Shown here: positions 30,774 through 41,537 of the stretch, one piece after another
Position numbering within the stretch: position 1 is the first letter of the stretch
Layout: each line of letters opens with the position of its first letter
Origin: Bacteroidia bacterium
GTDB lineage: Bacteria > Bacteroidota > Bacteroidia > NS11-12g > UBA9320
NCBI GenBank assembly: GCA_017857855.1
Contig: JAFMCI010000006.1
Location: 1 to 63,059, forward strand
Length of the DNA: 63,059 nucleotides
Reading direction: 5' to 3'
Notes under the pieces: model-generated
The model's input: the letters and a program-made list of their open reading frames with translations, nothing else
Database searches by the model: none
Told to the model about the DNA's origin: nothing
Program-made: the position numbers and the translations under genes

Positions 30774-33700
30774 ATGCCGCGAAAATTACTGTTTTCATTA
30801 CTTATCTTAGCAAATGCTGTAACGGCACTTGCACAGATAGGTTTTATAGAAAATAAAGGGCAATTTGATGAGCCGATTGTTTTTCGTGCTCAGTTTGACA
30901 GACATCAAATATACCTGGACAAGGAAGGGTTTTCAGTGCTTTTGCACGACGAAGAAACCTGGGGTAAATATGTTATGGATTTTCATTCCAATAAGCGGAA
31001 TGATGACAGTATTTCGCTAGCTTACCATCTTATAAAATATAAACTTGTTGGAGCCGATCTTTCCAGATTTGGCGGGCAAGGTGATTTTTTAGAGTATTAC
31101 AACTATTTTTTGGGAAATGACCCGTCTAAATGGGTGGGAGGGGCCAAAAATTTTAATAAGGTTTATTATACCAATGTATATCCCCATATTGATTTGGAAT
31201 ATGAAGCCATTGACCTCCGTTTTAAATACAACTTTATATTACATCCAGGGGCTGATATTAACGATATAAAAATTGAGATATTAGGCTCAGACAGCGTGCA
31301 CGTATCTTCCGAAAGGATTTCCGTTGCAACTAGGTTTGGCATGTATAGTGAAGTTATGCCTATTTCTTACGAGGTGCATAACGAGGAAAAAACGCAGATT
31401 AAAATGAGCTATGTGAAAAAGGGAGACTTCATTGGCTTCGAAACTCCTTTTTTCAAGAATAAGGTAAAAACAGTAATAGATCCAGAGCTTATTTTTTCAA
31501 CCTATTCGGGTAGTTCGGTAGATAATTTTGGGTTTACCGCGACGTATGACACTGCGGGTAATCTTTACTCTGGAGGTATTGCAACCACTCCGTACTCAGA
31601 TTTTCCGTTTGGGAAGTATCCTGTCACAGCCGGTGCATATAATCAGACATTTAACGGAGGTACGTGGGATATTGCCATTAATAAATACTCTGCAGATGGC
31701 TCAGCTCTTATATATGCTACCTATTTAGGTGGCACGAAAGATGACTATCCACATAGTTTAATTGTAGATGAAAACAATGAATTAATTGTTTTTGGATCTA
31801 CTTCTTCTTCTAATTATCCTACAACAGCTGGTGCGGTAGACAGAACCTATAATGGAGGAACAGATATTCTGGTCACAAAATTTAATGCAACGGGAACTAA
31901 CCTGGTGGCCTCCACTTTTATTGGAGGATCAAAAGACGACGGCGTAAACAGGTACGATGGCACTTCAACCAATAAAATTAGGAATACCAATTATTTTTAT
32001 GCTGATGATTATCGAGGAGAAGTAAATCTGGATGAAGATGGAAATGTATTTGTGGCAACATGCACAGAGTCAGCTAACTTTCCGGTTACGGTGAATGCTC
32101 TTCAAACATCTTATCTCGGCTCTCAATCTGGGGTTGTGTTCAAACTAGATCCTAGCTTAAAAACGATGGCATGGAGCACGTATTACGGTGGCGACGGTAA
32201 AGATGCTTTGTATTCTATTGACATTACCAGTCAAAATGAATTGGTATTGGCAGGAGGGACAACTAGTAAAGCCATGATGCCGGGAATGGGTAGTGGATTT
32301 CAGCCTGTCAATAACGGAGGAAAGGCAGAAGGATTTATTTGTAAAATAAGCGAAAATGGCTCACAGGTGCTTAATGCTACATATTTCGGGACTAGCGCGT
32401 ATGATCAGATATTGCTAGCTGAGCTAGATGAGGCAGATAATGTTTATGTCGTGGGACATTCAGAAGGTGATATGCCATTACTAGGGAATGTATATAGCAA
32501 TTCTGGTGGCAAACAATTTATTGCCAAATTTGATCCTACGCTTGAAAATTTAATAGTAAGTACCGTGTATGGAAGTGGGAGATCAACACCCGATATTACG
32601 ATTAATGCATTTTTGGTGGATGATTGCGGTAAGGTATATGTGAGTGGCTGGGGAACTAATTCAGAGCAAGATTTAGTCTCAAAACAATTGCGAAATATGC
32701 CACTAACTTCAGATGCAAAACAACGCACTACGGATGGTCAGGATTTCCATATTTTAGTACTTGAACCAGATTTTCAAAATATAGTTTATGCTACTTATTT
32801 TGGAGGTAATAAAACGGGAGATCATGTGGATGGCGGAACAAGTAGATTTGATAAAAAAGGAATTATCTATCAAAGTGTTTGCAGTAGTTGCCCAGAAAAT
32901 TATCCCGCGACCAATCGAATAAGTGATTTCCCGACTACTACAGGTGCCTTCTCACAGCGAAACCCAAGTCCTAGATGCAGTAACGCCTCTTTTAAAATGG
33001 CAGTGGTAGAGCCAAACTTTAGGCCGATTACACCAACCACAGTTTTCACGACAGACATTGCAGATACGGTTACGGTATCCGTGTTTGATACCTTTAGCTT
33101 TTCATATAAAGTAATTGATCCAGATGGAGATTCCCTTTTTGTTACGTTTGACATACCAGATGACTTAAAACCAGACTTATTAGATTATCAAGATTCCTTG
33201 GAAGGCCTTCAGCAAGTAAATGCAAGTTTTAGAGCGTTTTTTACGTGTAAGAATGCTCAAAAGACCTACAAAATAAAGGTACATGCTATGGATAACGGTT
33301 GTCCTACGCGAACAGAGAATTTTGGGGAAATTATCATTGTGGTAAGAGAAGCTCCTGTGCTGCCGCCACCGGATGTATTATGCCTCAATTTTGTGAATGA
33401 TGGTACGCTTCGCATAGATTGGGAGGCTACAGATTCATCCAAGTATTTTTACAGAATGATGCTTTACAAAATAGATCCTTCCGGTAATCGCTCGGTTCTT
33501 GTAAATACCTACAGTCAATCGGAAGGTTCTTATGTAGATACGGATATCGTTAATCCTAGAAACAGAGATTACAGTTACTATTTAGTGGTCGAAAATATTT
33601 GTGGCAAGTTGGGTTCTAAATCTTATTTGTTGAGTAGTGTTAAAGAGAGTGAAATTCCTGTTGATGCTACCTATCTCAAAACAGCTACGGTGAATAAACA

Positions 33701-34508
33701 ACGTGTAGAAGTGATTTATTTGAAATCAACCGAAGAAGATTTTGGTCACTATGAAATATATAAAGGGAGTCGTGATAAAGGAGTTCCGTTGCGGTATGTT
33801 ACCTCCATTTTTGATATAAATGATACTATTTACGTAGACTCAGATGTAAACGTAAATGATAGATCGTACTGTTATCAAATACGGGTAGCGGACAACTGCG
33901 GTCATCTGAGTAAATTTAGTAACGAAGGGTGCACCATTGTGATACGAGGTGTCCCTATCAATGAAATCAAAAATGTTCCTCGATTTAAGTTTGACTTAAC
34001 TTGGGATGATTATACAGATTGGCCTAATGGGGTAGCCGAGTATGAACTAATTCGTTCGGTCGATACAGGCTCATTGAAACCAATTGTTCGCGTGGATAAC
34101 AGCATACAAGAATTTACCGATAGTGATTTAGATTATGATTGGGGAGGGTATTGGTATAGTGTATTCGCTTACGAAAATCAGGGATTGTACAATGCCACTA
34201 GTAGAAGTAACGACATTTATCTTATACAGCCTCCTTTGGTTTTTGTACCAAATGCCGTAACTGCAAACGGCGATAACTTAAATGACTATTTCCGATGGAG
34301 TGATGTATTTGTTAAGGAATTTGAGATGTTGGTGTTTAATAGATGGGGAGAAAAGGTATATCAAACAACGGATAAAAATGCCAACTGGAGTGGCGAGTTT
34401 AAGGAAAGTGAATTTGGGAGTAGTAATGTTTACTTTTGGATATTAACCTACAAAGGTTGGGATAATATTACCTACAGAGATAATGGTACCCTAACTATAG
34501 TTAAATAA
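30774..34508 (+). CDS. Large T9SS cargo with beta-propeller (SBBP-like) repeats and gliding-motility-associated (type B) C-terminal domain
   Basis: Signal peptide, FIENKGQ, repeated ATYxGG motifs, C-terminal VPNAVTANGDNLND...FNRWGEKVY...GTLTIVK. Confidence 0.85.
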   Translation: MPRKLLFSLLILANAVTALAQIGFIENKGQFDEPIVFRAQFDRHQIYLDKEGFSVLLHDEETWGKYVMDFHSNKRNDDSISLAYHLIKYKLVGADLSRFGGQGDFLEYYNYFLGNDPSKWVGGAKNFNKVYYTNVYPHIDLEYEAIDLRFKYNFILHPGADINDIKIEILGSDSVHVSSERISVATRFGMYSEVMPISYEVHNEEKTQIKMSYVKKGDFIGFETPFFKNKVKTVIDPELIFSTYSGSSVDNFGFTATYDTAGNLYSGGIATTPYSDFPFGKYPVTAGAYNQTFNGGTWDIAINKYSADGSALIYATYLGGTKDDYPHSLIVDENNELIVFGSTSSSNYPTTAGAVDRTYNGGTDILVTKFNATGTNLVASTFIGGSKDDGVNRYDGTSTNKIRNTNYFYADDYRGEVNLDEDGNVFVATCTESANFPVTVNALQTSYLGSQSGVVFKLDPSLKTMAWSTYYGGDGKDALYSIDITSQNELVLAGGTTSKAMMPGMGSGFQPVNNGGKAEGFICKISENGSQVLNATYFGTSAYDQILLAELDEADNVYVVGHSEGDMPLLGNVYSNSGGKQFIAKFDPTLENLIVSTVYGSGRSTPDITINAFLVDDCGKVYVSGWGTNSEQDLVSKQLRNMPLTSDAKQRTTDGQDFHILVLEPDFQNIVYATYFGGNKTGDHVDGGTSRFDKKGIIYQSVCSSCPENYPATNRISDFPTTTGAFSQRNPSPRCSNASFKMAVVEPNFRPITPTTVFTTDIADTVTVSVFDTFSFSYKVIDPDGDSLFVTFDIPDDLKPDLLDYQDSLEGLQQVNASFRAFFTCKNAQKTYKIKVHAMDNGCPTRTENFGEIIIVVREAPVLPPPDVLCLNFVNDGTLRIDWEATDSSKYFYRMMLYKIDPSGNRSVLVNTYSQSEGSYVDTDIVNPRNRDYSYYLVVENICGKLGSKSYLLSSVKESEIPVDATYLKTATVNKQRVEVIYLKSTEEDFGHYEIYKGSRDKGVPLRYVTSIFDINDTIYVDSDVNVNDRSYCYQIRVADNCGHLSKFSNEGCTIVIRGVPINEIKNVPRFKFDLTWDDYTDWPNGVAEYELIRSVDTGSLKPIVRVDNSIQEFTDSDLDYDWGGYWYSVFAYENQGLYNATSRSNDIYLIQPPLVFVPNAVTANGDNLNDYFRWSDVFVKEFEMLVFNRWGEKVYQTTDKNANWSGEFKESEFGSSNVYFWILTYKGWDNITYRDNGTLTIVK

Positions 34509-34526
34509 AAAAAATAGTTGTAGGTG

Positions 34527-35216
34527 CTAGCTCAGCGCTTTGATTACTCCGCGTGCCCAAGAAAGTGACAATTGAGCTTGCTGCTTTTTGCTCATAGAAG
34601 TATTATCAAGGGTAATAGCATCTTCCGCTTTGATCAAGGGACTTTCTGCTCGATTACTATCTATAAAATCTCTTTCTTTAATATTATGAAGCACTTCTTG
34701 GTAATTCACATGAATACCTTTAGCCGTAAGCTCATCATATCTTCTTTTGGCTCTTATTTCAGCACTTGCCGTCATAAAAATCTTAAGTTCAGCTTCCGGG
34801 AAAACGACAGTTCCTATGTCTCTTCCATCCATAACTACCCCTTTTTGTTCTCCCATTTGCTGTTGCTGAGCAACCAAAAAGTGACGTACTTCTGCTATTG
34901 CACTTACAGGACTAACCTTGCGTGCAATTTCCATACTGCGAATTTCATTTTCTACATTTTTACCATTTAGGTACGTTTCATAGTAATGACGTTCTTCTTC
35001 ATACTGAAAAGTGATTTTAATGTTTCCGAGAATTGCTGGATCTGCTTGTACTTCGTCTAAAGAAATATTGGCGCGCGTCAGGTATAACGTTACAGCCCTA
35101 TACATAGCGCCACTGTCTATAAATAAATAGCCAAGCTCATTCGCTAAGTTTTTGGCAAGAGTTCCCTTACCGCAACTCGAATGTCCATCAATGGCTATTA
35201 TTATTTTCTTTTCCAA
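34527..35216 (-). CDS. cmk: Cytidylate kinase
   Basis: IAIDGHSSCGKGT, DSGAMYR, DGRDIGTVVFP; TTG start 7 nt after TATGTTTG (35224-35231). Confidence 0.96.
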   Translation of the reverse strand: MEKKIIIAIDGHSSCGKGTLAKNLANELGYLFIDSGAMYRAVTLYLTRANISLDEVQADPAILGNIKITFQYEEERHYYETYLNGKNVENEIRSMEIARKVSPVSAIAEVRHFLVAQQQQMGEQKGVVMDGRDIGTVVFPEAELKIFMTASAEIRAKRRYDELTAKGIHVNYQEVLHNIKERDFIDSNRAESPLIKAEDAITLDNTSMSKKQQAQLSLSWARGVIKALS

Positions 35217-35304
35217 TACAGGTCAAACATAAATGAAAATTTTAATTTAAAAAGAACTTGATGAATTTTTTGAAATAAGGAAGTATTATTTTTCTTAAAA
35301 TAAT

Positions 35305-36360
35305 TTAATCGAGACTAATTTTCTTCCGATTGATGGAGGATAAATCTCTACTTACCGAAAAATAATTAGAAGCGATACCTGGGAAATAACCAGCGCTTCC
35401 ATAGTTAATCATTAGTTTTTTTACACCTATACCCACACCCCAACTAAAACCAGTAGTAGCACGTCGATTTTCGGGTCCAAGTTCTGCTCTGCGCTGATGG
35501 TTATATCCCATTCGCAACTGAAAGTTTTTGGAGAATACAAACTCGGTATTGAAGATAACATGTCGCATGGCTTTTTCGCCAAAATTCAATGTTTGATTTT
35601 TTACAATGCCTGTTTCCAAGTCTATCTCTTTGTTTCTGGCGTTTACATTTACATACGAGTTTTTCCACCTATGTAAATTATGTAAGGTTAAACTAAAACG
35701 TAATGGATTGTGAGCTAGCTTTTTGCTTACGCTGGCTTGCACATCAAACGGTAATGGCTCTCTGGGGCTGTCATCGCCATAGCGTATAAATTGATAACCG
35801 AGGTTTTTTATCAGAACGGCGGCTGTAAGTAATTCATCAGGATCATTATAGGACCCACCCAAATCAATTGCTCCGGCAGTACTAACGTAAGCTTCGTATA
35901 CCGAGTATAAAAATTTACCGTTTACGCCATAGGTTATTTTATCGTTGTACTTTTTACTCCAACCTATTTGAAAGTTGTAATCGTCCGCGGTAAATTCTCC
36001 AATAATATCTCCAGCAGCGTCTGTGCGTGTAAATTTACCGTAATCATAAAAACCCATACTAAATAAAAATGAGCTAGCAGTATCCCAAGAATGACTGTAG
36101 CTCAAGAAACCGTAGTTAAGGTCTGCCACTTGATTAGCATAGGAAAGTGAAATGCTTTTATGCATTTCGTGATTAATTAGTGCTGGATTTTGAAATCCTG
36201 ATGAGGGATCTGCATCTGTATTGGTTATAGAAACACCACCCAAAGCGGTGTGTTTAGCACTGTTTTCTATCAAAGCAAAGGTGAATGCGGAGGTGCCACC
36301 TATTTGTGCAGACGCAGCTATAGCAGTGATTAGGATAAGGAGACTTAACAGATTTCGCAT
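35305..36360 (-). CDS. porQ: Type IX secretion system outer-membrane protein PorQ
   Basis: AQIGG..F.F, ALGG, NPAL, LRMGYNHQRRAEL; usual Bacteroidota position upstream of cmk. Confidence 0.8.
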   Translation of the reverse strand: MRNLLSLLILITAIAASAQIGGTSAFTFALIENSAKHTALGGVSITNTDADPSSGFQNPALINHEMHKSISLSYANQVADLNYGFLSYSHSWDTASSFLFSMGFYDYGKFTRTDAAGDIIGEFTADDYNFQIGWSKKYNDKITYGVNGKFLYSVYEAYVSTAGAIDLGGSYNDPDELLTAAVLIKNLGYQFIRYGDDSPREPLPFDVQASVSKKLAHNPLRFSLTLHNLHRWKNSYVNVNARNKEIDLETGIVKNQTLNFGEKAMRHVIFNTEFVFSKNFQLRMGYNHQRRAELGPENRRATTGFSWGVGIGVKKLMINYGSAGYFPGIASNYFSVSRDLSSINRKKISLD

Positions 36361-36451
36361 GGATTAGTAACGTTCAAAATTAGGAAATATTAGCACTTAT
36401 GGTTTTGAAAGATGCTCATACCTCAAAAAAATGAATATTTCGTGATTTGTA

Positions 36452-37129
36452 TCACGCATAAATATCACTCAAAATCTTACCATCTTCTACAGTAATTACC
36501 CGCTTGGCTCTGTCTATTACGCGCTGGTCGTGGGTGCTAAACACAAAAGTCATATTTTCTTCTTGATTGAGTCTGTACATTATGTCCAGCAAATTAGCGG
36601 TAGATGCACTGTCCAGATTGGCAGTTGGCTCATCTGCCAATATAAAATCGGGTTTGCTGGCTAACGCTCTGGCTACCGCCACACGTTGCTGTTGGCCGCC
36701 ACTCATTTCATTGGGTTTTTTATTTATTTGGTCTTCTAGGCCTACGGCTTTTAGAAGTTTGGTGGTCCGTTCGTCTCTTTCTGCCTCGCTTTTGTTTTGC
36801 AGTAACATAAGAAATTCTACGTTCTCTTTGGCTGTAAGAACAGGAATCAGGTTGTAACTTTGAAATACGAAGCCAATGTGATTCAATCTAAAATCAATCA
36901 GTTGATTTTCGGACAGGTGGGCAATGTTAGTTTCACCTATAATTACATTTCCTTCCGTAGGGGTGTCTAAACCACCAATTATATTTAACAAGGTAGTTTT
37001 TCCACTGCCCGATGGACCAACTATAGCCGTAAATTCACCGTTTTTTATTTCTACATTTATTCCTCGTAAGGCTTCTACTCTTACTTTTCCGTCGTCGTAG
37101 GTTTTAGTGACATGGGTAACTTTTATCAT
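36452..37129 (-). CDS. ABC transporter ATP-binding protein (LolD/MacB-like)
   Basis: GPSGSGKTT, MSGGQQQRVA, LADEPTANLD. Confidence 0.93.
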   Translation of the reverse strand: MIKVTHVTKTYDDGKVRVEALRGINVEIKNGEFTAIVGPSGSGKTTLLNIIGGLDTPTEGNVIIGETNIAHLSENQLIDFRLNHIGFVFQSYNLIPVLTAKENVEFLMLLQNKSEAERDERTTKLLKAVGLEDQINKKPNEMSGGQQQRVAVARALASKPDFILADEPTANLDSASTANLLDIMYRLNQEENMTFVFSTHDQRVIDRAKRVITVEDGKILSDIYA

Positions 37130-37246
37130 ATTTGATTCTTATGATGCATAATTTTATAACTTAAGAAATGGTACAACTTTGATGGGTAGTACTTTTAATG
37201 GTATTGCTGTTCACCAACAGCCTTTTGTAGGTAGGATCAAATAAAA

Positions 37247-38461
37247 TCATGCCGTTCTGAGGGTCTCTGCGGGGTTTAACTTTAGTGCTTTTAGTGCTGG
37301 ATAAATGCAGGAAAGGATGGCTGTAATGATAACCAGAATACTTATGATGACATAATACTTGTCGTCTAATATGGGGAAAAGAGTGCTTTCAAGACCGATG
37401 CTCCTCAATCCTTGAGCGGCAAAAGACAAATCAATGCCAACTCTTCCAAAGAAATTAACAGCCAAGTACGTACTGAAAATTCCCAAAGGCCCTGCGATGA
37501 GTGCCAAAAATATAGATTCCCAAATAATCATCCAAAAAACCTTGCGTTTATTCATTCCTACCGAGATTAGCATGCCAAGTTCTTTTTTGCGCTCTAATAC
37601 GGCCATCAGCATAGTATTTACAATTCCAAAAGCCAATGCCAGCATGATAATAATTAGAAAAAGAGTCATTACTAAATCCATCATTTTGTCTGCGTAGCCC
37701 AAATCAGGCGCTATTCCGCGCCAACTGGCTATATGCTGGTTTGGAAATTTTGAGATAAGTTCTTCTCTGAATTGCTCTACCTCTTTTTCCTCATGCAATA
37801 CCACTGCAATTTCGTGACTACCCTGAATGCTCGTAAGATGCTGTAAGTCTTCTAGTCTTACAAAGGCATTTAACTCGTCATACATAGAATTACTCGTACT
37901 AAAAATATCAACTACCTTGAAAATCCCTGTAATAGGAACCCCCATGTTATTGGTAAACGAGCATTGAATGGTTGTTTTTACACGTGCATTTAGCTTGGTA
38001 GCTAGTTTTTGACTAATAATAATGGGTGGTTTTTGCTTGTATCTTTCTAGGAAGTTTCCGGCAATACACTGTTCGGCAAGATCTGTCACTTGCCGTTCTT
38101 TCTCAGGGTCTATTCCGTTTAATATAACGCCGCTCGTTCCTCCGGCGCTTTGTATGAAACTTTCTACTTTGAGTCTAGGACTAATGCCTTTTACTTTTTT
38201 ACTTTTTTCTAAATATGTAATGATGTCTGCTTGCTGATTTATGGTGTCGTCTAGTCTTCCATATTTTAAGTAGGCAGAATCGTGTAGTTGAAGGTGACTT
38301 ACATACGTTCTTATGGCATTGTTTTGCCGCATTTTACTGAGGCCAGTAGCTGTGCTTATTACCGCTAATCCTCCGAATATACCCAGTGCAATAGCGATAA
38401 TTACCACCCAACTCCGAAGCTTATTCCTCCAAATATTTTTAAACGCTATTTTTACAATCAT
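37247..38461 (-). CDS. ABC transporter permease (FtsX/MacB-like)
   Basis: KNIWRNKLRS, NTMLMAVLERKKELG, YPA..A.KLNP. Confidence 0.88.
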   Translation of the reverse strand: MIVKIAFKNIWRNKLRSWVVIIAIALGIFGGLAVISTATGLSKMRQNNAIRTYVSHLQLHDSAYLKYGRLDDTINQQADIITYLEKSKKVKGISPRLKVESFIQSAGGTSGVILNGIDPEKERQVTDLAEQCIAGNFLERYKQKPPIIISQKLATKLNARVKTTIQCSFTNNMGVPITGIFKVVDIFSTSNSMYDELNAFVRLEDLQHLTSIQGSHEIAVVLHEEKEVEQFREELISKFPNQHIASWRGIAPDLGYADKMMDLVMTLFLIIIMLALAFGIVNTMLMAVLERKKELGMLISVGMNKRKVFWMIIWESIFLALIAGPLGIFSTYLAVNFFGRVGIDLSFAAQGLRSIGLESTLFPILDDKYYVIISILVIITAILSCIYPALKALKLNPAETLRTA

Positions 38462-39666
38462 CGTCGCATTGCTTTAATAGGTTCTAATCTTTTAATCTTT
38501 ACTATGGTATACATATTCACTACCAACACAATAAAGAAGATGATGCCTGCATGCGATAATGCAATACTGGGGTCTAATGATGTTGGGATTAGTGCTTCAA
38601 AACCGTATTTCTCTACCACTTCTTGCATTTGTCCACTCAGGTTTATAGGGTAAATATTAAAGTATAATACAACTGGAAATGCGAAGGCTAACCCAGCAAT
38701 AATTCCGGTAATAGCCATTAGAATGGTTTCTAAGATGGCAACAATAATCACCTTGTTTTTGGCCATTCCGACGGCTATTAGAACTCCGTACTCAAAACTT
38801 CTTTCTTCGGTAAGCATGAGCACCGTGCCAAACAAACTAAAGGTGATAATGCTGTATAATATAAATAGCACAAATAATCCTCCGGCCTTATCCACTGCAA
38901 TTAATTGTTGTAGTTCGGGAAGCATTTCGTTCCAATTTAATACTTCTAGTTGATTCGTGTCTACTCTGGCAATTACCTCTTGTTGGGTCTCTTCCCAATT
39001 GTCATTTTTTAAGCCTAATACTGCGGTGGTTACCATGTTCGGCATTGCAAAAAGTTCCTGAGCTTGAGCTAGATCCATAATGACCGTTCTCTTGTTTAAC
39101 TCTGGTGTTTTTAAATCTATAAACCCAATAATAGGATAGGAGCCTGAAGCCATAGATCCCTGGTAGCCTTGGCTCAAAAAAATAATAGAATCGCCCAATT
39201 GTAAGCTCATAATATCACGTAAGCCTATGCCCACTAGTATTCCGGTCTTACGGTTTGTAAAGTATTCGCCTTGTACTACTTTTTTATCTAGTCCCAAACG
39301 ATTTTTCTCTTGCTGTACATCTAGACCGAGTATTGCTACTGGTTTGGAATTATCGTCTTTAGACGCAAGGGCAAATCCTTCTATTCGATAACTTAAATAG
39401 CTGACGTTCTCATGGTCTAGTAAGTACGTAATATCTTCGGGAGAAAAGCTATTATCTAAGGTTTTTTCTGTCCAAAACCCTTGCTTGTGAACTTGAATAT
39501 ACCCAAGATAACTACTTACTATATTTTTAAGCATGTTGCCATAGGCTCCGTATTGCAAGCTTCGCATGAATACAGCAAAAATGACCGCAAAAATGATGGA
39601 CGAAACGGTAATTATACTACGACGCTTATTTCTAAAAATATTACGCCAAGCTAGTTTGAATAGCAT
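38458..39666 (-). CDS. ABC transporter permease (FtsX/MacB-like)
   Basis: LAWRNIFRNKRRS, ERSFEYGVL; start reassigned to ATG 39666, downstream of TACGTTTG (39678-39685). Confidence 0.85.
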   Translation of the reverse strand: MLFKLAWRNIFRNKRRSIITVSSIIFAVIFAVFMRSLQYGAYGNMLKNIVSSYLGYIQVHKQGFWTEKTLDNSFSPEDITYLLDHENVSYLSYRIEGFALASKDDNSKPVAILGLDVQQEKNRLGLDKKVVQGEYFTNRKTGILVGIGLRDIMSLQLGDSIIFLSQGYQGSMASGSYPIIGFIDLKTPELNKRTVIMDLAQAQELFAMPNMVTTAVLGLKNDNWEETQQEVIARVDTNQLEVLNWNEMLPELQQLIAVDKAGGLFVLFILYSIITFSLFGTVLMLTEERSFEYGVLIAVGMAKNKVIIVAILETILMAITGIIAGLAFAFPVVLYFNIYPINLSGQMQEVVEKYGFEALIPTSLDPSIALSHAGIIFFIVLVVNMYTIVKIKRLEPIKAMRR

Positions 39667-39798
39667 TACAAAAGGAACAAACGTAATGTATGGTTGTTTG
39701 TCCCAAAATGACAATTTAGGCGTATTTCAATTTTCATCAAATGGGTTCTTATTTATTTTCACTTCGTTAAACTTTGCGATTCAAATTAGAATGGACCG

Positions 39799-41451
39799 TT
39801 ATTTTCTTTTAATACTGACGATTTTGTCACCAACGGTTATTTTATTCACGACTTCCATGCCGCTTATTACCCTAGCAAAAATGCTGTATCTCCCTTCTAA
39901 ATGTGGTGTTGAGCAGTGGGTAATAAAAAATTGTACACCTTCGGTGTCCAATCCTGCAGAGGCCATACCTACGGTTCCTTCTGAGTAGGTTTGATAGTTA
40001 CTAAACTCACTTCGTTGCGTCCAACTTAAACTGCCCCATCCGTCTCCTCTTGGGCAGCCTCCTTGTATCACAAATTGAGGCACAACTCTATGGAAATACT
40101 TATTATCATAAAATCCGGAGTCTACTAATTTTAAAAAATTACTCACCGTTCCGGGGGCATCATTTACAAAAAGTTGAATCGTGATAGCGCCTTTTGTTGT
40201 TTTGATAAGAACCTCTTGCTTGGCAGGTATGGTTTTTACAAAATTCCAATCGATAGGGTTATTGTATTTGGGTTTGTAACCTGTGAATTTTTCACCTCCT
40301 AATACTTCTATCGCCTTGCAAATGTCTATATAGGTTTCAGCTTGTTGTGGTAGCTGAAGTTTTGATTTCACCTGGTTGCATTCCATTACTAATGTATTCC
40401 AGATAGCATTGAGTTCAGGGGTGTATTTTGGTTTGCCAATTCCCTGAATTTCTATAGCTGCTAAGCTTTGCAAAGCCATATCCGTGGAACGAAGCGCATA
40501 TGAAATCAAATTCCATTTTTGGCTAGGATAAAATTGACAATACTTAGCAAATGCGGCATTCCTAATAACCGCAGCAACGGTGTCGCTCTTGACTTTATTT
40601 AAAAGAAACATTGCTGCAGAAGTAGATTCATCTTTTAAATTATCAATATGAATGGCTTTTTCGTAATCTGTTACTTTTTTAGCGAATTCTGCTTGCCATG
40701 GTTGCCCAAAGCGTTCTGTTTTTAGGATCTCGCTTTCTGTTTTTATCTTCTCTACATTAGGTATAATTAATTGTAGTTGCGTTGAGACAGGACTGGCATT
40801 TTTTAGCTGAATAAGGTTCCTTATCTCCTCCTTGTTTGCGGATGGATTTTTACGGTGATATCGTTGTAAGTAGGCCGCTGCCAATTGCTTACTGAATCCA
40901 GCATTTTCAGCGCGAATTTCAGATAGTGCTTGTTCGACTAAAGATTCAGAAAAATAACCTTTTAGTCCAAGTCTATAGACGCCGTACCACCATCCTACGT
41001 TTAGGTTAGAATCGGTGTACTCCGTATTTTCAAATAAACTAAGTGTGCTGGAATCACCACATTTACCAATAGCTTCTAAAATATATCGTCTGTTTTCATT
41101 TAACAGCTCTCCATCAAATGCGCTTCTCAAGATTTGCAATGCTTTTGGATGTCCGATTTGCCCAAGGGCGAAGGCTGCAGCCCTCCTTGGCATAGGATCT
41201 TGATCTATTTGCAGCATTTGATTCAAATAAGGAATGGCTAAAGTATCCTGTGCGCTTGCAAATGCCAATGCTGCAGCAACTCGATGACTTTCTTTTTTAG
41301 CTTTAAGAAAAGGGATAAGTCCTTCGGTATCGCGCTTATCTTGCAACTTATAAATAGTAATTAGCTTATCATCAGCCCATTGGTTGGGCGCATTTTTGTT
41401 TTTGTCACTACAAGAAGCTAACAATACAAGAAGGATTATGCTGTATTTCAT
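39799..41451 (-). CDS. HEAT-repeat lipoprotein fused to cyclophilin-type peptidyl-prolyl isomerase
   Basis: Lipobox LASC; RRAAAFALGQIG HEAT repeats; FHRVVPQFVIQGG, GMASAG, QFFITH; start reassigned to ATG 41451, 6 nt after TACATTTG (41458-41465). Confidence 0.88.
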   Translation of the reverse strand: MKYSIILLVLLASCSDKNKNAPNQWADDKLITIYKLQDKRDTEGLIPFLKAKKESHRVAAALAFASAQDTLAIPYLNQMLQIDQDPMPRRAAAFALGQIGHPKALQILRSAFDGELLNENRRYILEAIGKCGDSSTLSLFENTEYTDSNLNVGWWYGVYRLGLKGYFSESLVEQALSEIRAENAGFSKQLAAAYLQRYHRKNPSANKEEIRNLIQLKNASPVSTQLQLIIPNVEKIKTESEILKTERFGQPWQAEFAKKVTDYEKAIHIDNLKDESTSAAMFLLNKVKSDTVAAVIRNAAFAKYCQFYPSQKWNLISYALRSTDMALQSLAAIEIQGIGKPKYTPELNAIWNTLVMECNQVKSKLQLPQQAETYIDICKAIEVLGGEKFTGYKPKYNNPIDWNFVKTIPAKQEVLIKTTKGAITIQLFVNDAPGTVSNFLKLVDSGFYDNKYFHRVVPQFVIQGGCPRGDGWGSLSWTQRSEFSNYQTYSEGTVGMASAGLDTEGVQFFITHCSTPHLEGRYSIFARVISGMEVVNKITVGDKIVSIKRK

Positions 41452-41489
41452 CGCGAGCAAATGTAGGACTTATACACTTCTTTTAATAG

Positions 41490-41517
41490 TAGCATAACGG
41501 TAACATTGCGATAACAT
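41490..41517 (+). promoter_or_regulatory. 11-bp-periodic TA(A/G)CAT direct repeats (OmpR/PhoB-type site candidate)
   Basis: TAGCAT 41490, TAACAT 41501, TAACAT 41512. Confidence 0.45.
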
Positions 41518-41537
41518 GAGCTAAATACAATTGCACT

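Noticed and set aside
38889-38897. DnaA-box-like TTATCCACT
   Set aside because: Single imperfect copy inside a coding sequence
39566-39988. Plus-strand ORF and TAAACTTTG near-promoter between the permease and PPIase genes
   Set aside because: Overlaps two real minus-strand genes; the promoter match is imperfect and the protein has no motif
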